Positions 7,287 through 16,400 of a DNA stretch of 18,494 bases are shown in pieces. A program made the position numbers and the translations under genes. A model generated the notes under the pieces. That model was not told the DNA's origin. It saw only the letters and a program-made list of their open reading frames with translations, and did no database searches. How positions within the stretch are numbered: position 1 is the first letter of the stretch; the number at the start of each line of letters is the position of its first letter. The stretch comes from Pedosphaera sp. (GTDB taxonomy: Bacteria; Verrucomicrobiota; Verrucomicrobiia; Limisphaerales; SIBH01): assembly GCA_031414955.1 (NCBI GenBank), contig JANOQV010000124.1, positions 1-18,494 on the forward strand. Reading direction: 5' to 3'.

Positions 7287-7424
7287 GCACGGTCGGGGGG
7301 CAGGTCAGGCCGCGGCCGGATTGGCACCAAACAAAGTGGCATTTTGTAGAACGCAGCTTTGAAGTGGTGGGGCGGTTATGATTCACTCCCATCCCGTAAA
7401 TTCGCTCACAAACCAACATCACCT

Positions 7425-10400
7425 ATGACCACGAACTACACTCCGTCTGTACTCGGGAGAACCCTTCAAGTCCTGCTCTTTCAGAAGCCTGCCCGCGGAC
7501 TGATCGGTGCCGCGATGTGTTTGCTGATCCTGATGTGTTTGAGCCTGGGCCTGCGGCCGGTTGGAGCGGCGACTTTCACCGTCACGGTTACCAACGACAG
7601 CGGGGCCGGTTCATTGCGGCAGGCGATTCTCGATGCCAATGCCACGGCCGGTACCAATACCATCGACTTCAACATCGCGTCAGCCGGCAAGACGATCTTC
7701 CCGGCCAGTGCGTTGCCCGCGATTACAAACACGGTCTCCATCGCTGGTGAGTCACAACCGGGCTATGCGGGGAGTCCGATCGTAGAACTGGCCGGCTCCA
7801 GCGCGGGCCTCGGTGTGGACGGTCTCAGGATTTTCGCCAGTAACTGCGTTATCAGCGCGCTGTGCATCAACCGGTTCACGAGCAACGGCGTGTCCATCGC
7901 TACGAACGGCGGCCATGGGATTTACAGTTGCTACATCGGCCTCGGAACGGACGGCGTGACGGCTCGGGCGAACACGCAGAGCGGAATCTTCATTACCAAC
8001 TCGCCCAACAATGAGATTGGCTACAATGTGATTTCGGGTAACACGCAGCATGGCGTTCACATCGGTGGTTCGCTGGCCATCAGCAATTTGCTCTACGACA
8101 ACCTGATCGGCCTCGACATCACTTTCACCAAGAAGGCCAATAACCAGGATGGCGTCCGCCTCAATGCGCCGCGCAATATCGTCGGCGATTTGTCCGGTCT
8201 CGCTCTCAACACAATCTCGGGCAACAACAGCGACGGCGTTGAAATCGTCAACGCTGGTTCGAGCAACAACATCGTGGCTTACAACGCGATTGGCACGGAT
8301 GGTTACTCGATTATCGGGTCAGGATTGGCACGTGGAAATTCAGGCGACGGCGTTCTCATCAACGGCGCACCGGGCAACATCGTCGCGTACAACATGATTG
8401 TCGCGAACTCTAGTGATGGCATCGAAATCAGCGGTGCGGGCGCTTTTCTGAATCAGGTAAGCGCCAACTACATCGGCGTCATGGATATTGGCTTCGTGCT
8501 CGGCAACTTGGGTCACGGCGTGAACATCACCAGCACGGCGCGCACTAATTTCATCGGGACGAACATCAGTTCCGCCAACACCATCGCCTACAACAATCTG
8601 GATGGCGTTTCCGTGGCCGCCGGGACCACCACGAACAATACCATTCGCGCCAACTCGATTTTTTCCAACGGCGATCTCGGCATCGACCTCGCGAATAACG
8701 GTGTCACGGCCAATGACGCGGGCGACCCCGATGCCGGTGCCAACGAGTTGCAGAATTTCCCGGTGCTGACGTTCGCCACGAACACGCTCAGTGGCGTTAC
8801 CATGGGCGGCGCGCTCAACAGCCGTTCCAACGCGACCTTCACGATTGATTTTTACGCCAGCGCCCAGCGCGACACTTCAGGCAACGGCGAAGGGCAGTTC
8901 TATCTTGGTTCAACGAACGTCACCACCGGGGCCGACAGCAACGCCAACTTTATCGTGGGATTTCCTTCCGTGTTACGTGGTCGTTATGTCACCGCTACCG
9001 CGACCGATGCTCACGGCAGCACATCCGAATTTTCGCCCGCCGTCAGCGCGGAAACCACCGTCCCGGCGATGACATTTGTGGTGACCAACATCAACGGCAA
9101 CAGCGCTACCGGCACGTTGTGGAAGGCGATCAACAGCGCAAACCAATGCATCGCAGCCACGCCGAACACGATCACGTTCAGCATTCCGGGTGCCGGCGTG
9201 AGGGCGATTGCTCTTACCGAAGTGCTGCCAGCCATCACGGAGTCGGTCATCATCGATGGCACCACTCAACCCGGCGCCAGTTGCTCGACGTCGCCGACCA
9301 ATTTCGATGGTTCGATTCTGATCCGGATCGTCGGTTCCGGATTGGCGGCGGGCACCGATGGCCTGCGGTTTACGGTCGGGAACAACACAGTGCGCGGATT
9401 GCAAATCGTCGGCTTCACGGGCGACGGTCTCGATTTCACCAACGGCATCGGGAACGTGATCGAATGCAACCTCATCGGCATCACTGATACCAACACAACC
9501 TTGGCCAATGGAAACGGCATCAACCTCAACACGTCCGGTGGCAACACCATCGGCGGCACCAACGCCGCCGCGCGCAACGTCATTTCTGGCAACACGACGG
9601 CAGGCATCGTCATCAATGGCACGAATTCGAGCTTCAACACGATTCAAGGGAACATCGTCGGCCTGAACCTGGCTGGAACGACCAATCGCCCCAACAGCAT
9701 CGGCATCAATATCAATGGCGCGCACACTAACCTTATCGGCGGCACCAACATCGGGGCGCGTAACCTGATCGCCGGCAACGGCAGTCACGGCGTGCAGATC
9801 ACGGCCAGCGCCCTGCGCAATTCCGTGCTGGGCAATTTCATCGGCACGGATGTGACGGGAACGGCGGACTTGGGCAACGTCGGTTCCGGTGTGCTCCTGA
9901 GTGCCTCGGCGTCGTTTAACATCGTAGGCAGCGCGGCGTTAGGCGCGGGCAACCTCGTCTCCGGCAATAATGACGGCGGCATCCACATCAATTCCGCCAC
10001 CTCCACCAACAACGTCGTTCTCGGCAACCGGATCGGCGTGAGTGTCACCGGCACAAATGCCCTGCCCAACACTGGACACGGTGTCGAAATTGAAGCGGGT
10101 CGGGCCAACGTCATCGGCGGGACTAACAGCGGCGAAGGCAATATCATCGCGTTCAACACGCTTGACGGCGTGAACAATCCCAGCGCGACCCACACCAACA
10201 ACGGCATTCGCGGCAACAGCATTTACTCCAACGGCGATCTTGGGATCGACATTGGTGGCGCCGGCGTGACGGGCAATGACGCGGGCGATGCCGATGTCGG
10301 TGCGAACTTCCTCCAGAATTTCCCGGTGCTTGGCGCGGTGACGAACTCGGCCTCGGGCACGGAGATTCGTGGCGCGTTGAACAGCACGGCCAGCACCACC

Positions 10401-13400
10401 TTCTCGCTCGATTTCTATTCCAGCGTCGCTGCTGACCCGACAGGCGCCGGCGAGGGACAAGTTTATGTCGGCTCGACGAATGTCACGACCGACGGCAGCG
10501 GCAACGTGAGCTTCGTAGTGGCGTTCCCGGTGGTGGCTTTGACCGGTCGTTTCATTTCCGCGACAGCGACGGATCCGTTTGGCAATACTTCCGAATTCTC
10601 CACCAATGCGCTGGCGGTGAGCACACTGAGCGGAACGGGTTACGTGGTGACGACGACGGCTGATTCAGGCGCTGGCTCACTGCGGGAGTCCATCACGCTG
10701 GCCAATGCGAACATCAACTCCGGCGACACCATCACGTTCAACATTCCCGGCGCGGGCGTGCAGGTCATCCAACCGCTCACCGCGCTGCCGTTGGTGACTG
10801 ACCCGGTGACCATTGACGGCACGACGCAGCCCGGCGCGAGTTGCGCGACCTCGCCGACAAACTTCAACGGGACGATTCTCATCCGGCTGGTGGGCACCGG
10901 GCTACCGGCGAATAGCGACGGCCTGCGCTTTACGCTCGGTGGCAACACGGTGCGTGGTTTGCAGATTGGCGGCTTCGTGGGCGACGGGCTGGAGTTCACC
11001 AACGGAGTGGGCAACGTCGTCGAATGCAGTCTCATCGGCATCACGCACACGAACACGGCGCTGGCCAATGGCAACGGCATTCACTTCAACACTTCAGGCG
11101 GCAACCGCGTGGGCGGCACCAATGCCGCCCAGCGCAATGTGCTTTCCGGCAACACCGGTGCCGGGCTCCGCATCGCGGGCGCCAGTTCATCGTTCAACAC
11201 CGTGCTGGGCAATTTCATCGGGCTGCAACTCTCGGGGGTAACAAACCGGGCGAACGGGACGGATGGCATTCTTATCACCGCTGCCCACTCGAACACGATT
11301 GGCGGCACCATCCAGGGCTCGCGCAATTTCATTTCCGGCAACGGCAGCGATGGTATCGAGATCAGCAGCAGTGCCACGAACAACTTCCTGCTGGGCAATT
11401 ACATCGGCACCGATGTGTCAGGCACGCTCGATCTGGGCAACGGCGCCGATGGCGTCCTGATCAACCCCGCCTCGTTCACCCGCCTCGGTGGCATCGGCGC
11501 GGGCAACCTCATCTCGGCCAACAACGGCGATGGCGTGCAGATCTCCAGCACTTCAGTGGGTAATGAAATCTTCGGGAACATCATCGGGGCGGACGTTTCC
11601 GGTGTCAGCGCCCGGGCCAATGCCGGTTCCGGTGTGAACATTGCCGCCGGCTCGACCAACACGGTGGGCGGCGTGGCGGCGGGCGCGGGCAACATCATTG
11701 CCTTCAACGGCGGCGACGGCGTCATCGTCAGCGGCACCACCACGACGAACAACGCGGTGCGCGGCAACAGCATTCATTCCAATGGCACCACGACGACGGA
11801 ACTGGGCGTCGAACTGTCCGGCTCGAACGGCGTAAACGCGAATGACCCGAGCGACGGCGACACCGGCGCGAACCGGCTGCAGAATTTTCCCATCCTCACC
11901 ACGGCGACCAATTCGCTCTCGGGCACGGAAATCCGGGGCACGCTCAACAGCACGGCGGGCACGCTGTTCGATATCGACTTCTACTCGAACGTGGCCTGCG
12001 ACACGGCGGGCAATGGTGAGGGTCAGATTTATCTTGGCTCCGGCACGGTCACAACCGACGGAGGCGGCGATGTCACTTTCACCATCACCGTGCCAGTGGT
12101 CACGCTGATCGGTCGTTACATCACGGCCACGGCCACTGATCCGTTCAAGAACACCTCAGAGTTTTCACCGTGCCTCCCTGTCATCAGCACGATTGCGGGC
12201 GCCACTTACACCGTCATCAATACCAATGACTCCGGCCCGGGCTCGTTGCGCGACGCCATCATCCGGGCCAATACCAACATCAGCGTGCTGGACACCATCC
12301 GCTTCAACATTCCTGGCGCGGGCGTGCAAGTCATTCAACCGCTGACCGCGCTGCCCACGATTATTGACCCGGTGACGATTGACGGCACCACGCAGCCGGG
12401 GGCGAGTTGCCCGACGAGCAGCACGGTGTTTGATGGCACGGTGCTGATCCGGCTCGCGGGCACGGGACTGCCAGCGGGTACGGACGGTTTGAACTTCATC
12501 ACTGGAAGAAACACGGTGCGGGGTTTGCAGGTGGTCAGTTTCCTGGGTGACGGACTGGAGTTTGCCGGCGGCCACGGCAACGTCGTCGAGTGCAACCTCA
12601 TCGGGATCAGCGAGACGGATGCGGACCTGGGCGGCGCCAATGGCATTCACCTTTCCGCTTCCGGCGGTAACCGCATCGGCGGCACGAACGCCGCCGCGAA
12701 GAACGTCATCTCCGGCCACACCACCGGCGTGCGCGCGGCCTCCAGCCTGTCATCGTTCAACCAGATTCTGGGCAACCTCATCGGACTGAACCGCGCCGGT
12801 TCGGCCAGTGTGCCAAACGGTGACGGCATTCTCCTCAGCACCTCGCACAGCAACAACATCGGCGGCGCGGCGGCGGGTGCGCGCAACATCATCTCGGGCA
12901 ACACGGACGGCGTGCAGATCAGTTCCTCCTCCACCAACAATTTCATTCAGGGCAACTACATCGGCACAGACTTCACCGGCACGCTCGACGTCGGGCAGAC
13001 CGGTGACGGAGTGAACCTCTCCGTCTCGGCGCTGAACACGATCGGTGGGGCGGGCGTGGGCGAAGGTAATTTGATTTCCGGCAACAACGGCGACGGCGTC
13101 GAGATTTCCGGCGTGAGCCTGACCAACCGGGTGCTCGGAAACCGCATTGGCACCGACGTCACGGGCCGGCCGCTCGGAAACAACGCCAACGGCGTGCTGA
13201 TCTCGGCCACCGCGCGGGACAACATCGTCGGGGCGGTGGGCGCGGGCAACGTCATCGCCTTCAACGGAGCGGACGGCGTGGCCATCGCGAACAATGCCGC
13301 CACCACCAACAACGCCATTCGCGCCAACCTCATCTTCTCCAACGGTGATCTCGCCGTCGATCTCGCGGCCAATGGCCTGAGCACCAACGATGTGAACGAC

Positions 13401-16400
13401 GCAGACACGGGAGCGAACGGGCTGCAAAACTTCCCCGTCCTCACCGCGGCCACCAATTCGTTCAGCGGCGTGACCATCGTGGGCACGTTGAACAGTCGGG
13501 CCAGCACCAGCTACGAGATCGATTTCTATTCCACTGTGTTGCCGGACGCGACGGGTCATGGCGAGGCCCACCAATATCTAGGCAGTACCACGGCGTTCAC
13601 GGATGGAGGCGGCGACGTCAGCTTCAGCGCCGCATTTGGAACGGTGCTGACCAACCGCTACGTCACAGCCAGCGCCACGGATCCGCTCGGCAATTCGTCC
13701 GAGCTTTCGCTCTGCCTGGCCGTCGCCAGCACGATTGCGAGTTCGAACTTCGTGGTGACCACGAATGCAGACAGCGGTCCCGGCTCGTTGCGCGCGGCGA
13801 TCCAACTGGCGAACGCCTTGATTTCCGCATCGAACGACACCATCTCGTTCAACATTCCCGGCGCGGGGCCGCACACCATTGCCCCGACGAACGCTTTGCC
13901 CGCCATCATTGACGGAGTGACGATCAACGGCTTCACGCAGCCGGGCGCGAGCGCCAACACCTTGAGCAACGGACACAACGCCGTGCTGCGCATCCGGCTC
14001 GATGGCTCACAGGCCGGCTCCGGCACTGACGGACTGGAAGTGCGCGCGGGCGACACGGTCCTTCGCGGCCTGTCCATCGTGGGCTGGAGTCGCGACGGCG
14101 TGAGGGTGTCGGCGGGGAACGGTTCGGCCATCGAAGGCTGCTACCTCGGCCTTGATCCCGACGGCACAACGCGTCACGGCAACGGCGAGACGGGTGCCCG
14201 CATCAATGGCCCCGGCGTCGGCGGCACGGCGGGAAGCACCGTCATCGGTGGCGAACTGCCTGCACAACGCAACGTGATTTCAGCCAACGACTACGGCGTG
14301 CGGATCATCAATTCAGCAAACAACCTCGTTCAGGGCAACCTGCTAGGCACTGACGGGACGGGCCTGCTGGATCGCGGCAACACCAACCACGGTGTGTTCG
14401 TGAGCGGCTCGCTGGCGCTCTTTAACACCATCGGCGGCGCGTCCACAGGCCAGCGCAACGTCGCCTCCGGCAACGGCGAGAGTTCCTTCTCCGGCTACGG
14501 GGTGTTCCTAATCGACTGCCGGTCGAACTCCGTGCTGGGCAATTTTCTCGGCACGGACGCCACCGGCTCAAATGCGCTCGCCAACTCCGGCAGCGGTCTG
14601 ACGCTGGCAAGCGGTTCCATGACGAATTTCATCGGCGCACCCGGTGCGGGTAACGTCATCAGCGGCAACGACCGTTACGGCATCCATGCCTTCTTCGGCG
14701 GTGGATCGCGCGGCAACGTCATTCGGGGCAACCGCATCGGCACGGATGTCTCCGCGACGCGGGCGCTGCCGAACCAACTCGGCGGCATCCTGCTCGGCAA
14801 CGCTCAGACCAACCTCATCGGCGGCAGTGCCGCGGGCGAGGGCAACGTCATCTCGGGCAACGGCGGGAACGGCGTCGAGATCGCCTGCTGCGGCAGTTCT
14901 ACCGGCAACCGCATCCAGGGCAACAGCATCGGCACCGACGGCGCGGGCACGGCCCCGCTGGGCAACGACAGTTCGGGACTCTACGTCGGCTCGGGCGGCA
15001 CACTCATCGGCGGAATGAATGCCGGGGAGTGTAATGTGATCGCGTACAACGGTCAGGAAGGCGTGGCCATCGGGTTTGCCACCGGCAGTGCTGTGCTGGG
15101 CAACGCTATTTTCTCGAATGGCGTGCTCGGCCTCGACCTCGGCGGCGATGGCGTGACCGCCAACGATCCGGGCGACGCCGATAGCGGCGCGAACAACTAC
15201 CAAAATTATCCCGCGCTGACCCGCGCGGCCGTCGGCCCCGTGGACACTCTGGTGGCAGGCACATTGAACAGCCGCTCAAACAGCAGCTTCCGTCTGGAGT
15301 TCTTCCTCAACACAGTGGTCGATACCAACGGTTTTGGTGAAGGCCAGACGTTCCTCGCCACAACGAACGTGACTACCGACGCCGGTGGCAATGCGAGTTT
15401 CGACATCCCGCTGGCCGGATTGCTGACGACGAACCAGTTCATCACCGCCACCGCCACGGATACGAACAACAACACCTCGGAGTTCTCCCGCGTGCGACGC
15501 CTTGTCGGTTACAACACGGTCGATCTGGCCGTGACCATGCGGGAATCGGCGGAGCCGGCAGCCATTTTTTCCAACGTCACTTATACGATCACGGTCACGA
15601 ACCAGGGGCCGACCAACGCCACGGGTGTGTTCGTGACCAACACGCTGCCAGCCGGCGTCGCGGTGGTCGGCGCTACACCTTCGCAAGGGACGTGCTCCAG
15701 CAACAACGGCGTCGTTATCTGCAATCTGGGCGCCATCAACGATCAGTCCTTCGCTATCGTGGCGCTTGTGCTTGCGCCGTCCGTGACGGGGTTCATCACT
15801 AACCGTGCGCTGGCCGTGGCTTCGCAATACGAAAACGACCCGGCGAACAATTCCGCGAGTGAATCGACGTTCGCGGGCGTGACCGATCTCCAGATCACGC
15901 GCCGGGTCTCGACCAACGCGCCCGTGGCCGGGCAGGGTTACAGCTACATCGTGGGCGTGACGAACAAGGGGCCGGACGCGGCCATGAATTCCTCGATGAA
16001 TTACAGTGTTGGCACCTTCAACAACGTGTTTGTGAGTGGCAGCGTCTCGCAAGGATCATTCACCCGATCCGGTGACTCCTTCACGGCGAACTTCGGCACC
16101 GTGGCCGCGGGTGCCACGGCGGAACTCACCATCAACGTCATCCCCGTGAACACGGGATCACGTTCCGACAGCGGGAGCATTTTCCACAGCGAAGTCGATC
16201 CCGTCACCACGTTTGGAAACAGTTCCACGAACGGGACGGTCACGTCAGTCAATTGGACGGGCGTGGTGGAGTTCGCCTCGGCGCTGTACAACGTCAGCGA
16301 AGGCGTCGGTTTCGCGGTCGTTTTGGTGCAACGTCTGGGCGGATCGGCTGGTACCATCTCGGTGAATTTCGGCACGACGAACCTGACGGCCACCGCGGGC

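Noticed and set aside
7321..7350. Sigma54 promoter upstream of the giant gene (TTGGCAC at 7321, TGGCA at 7337)
   Set aside because: Neither -24-like element has a TTGC -12 element at the required spacing.
2703..7424. Longest-ORF starts at 2703, 4783, 5745 and 7359
   Set aside because: The extensions lack homology or would bury signal peptides. ATGs at 2832, 4852, 5874 and 7425 fit domain boundaries better.
7575..15510. Diversity-generating retroelement template/variable repeat pair among the module repeats
   Set aside because: The repeats are whole in-frame domains with mostly synonymous differences rather than adenine-specific ones, and no reverse transcriptase is present.
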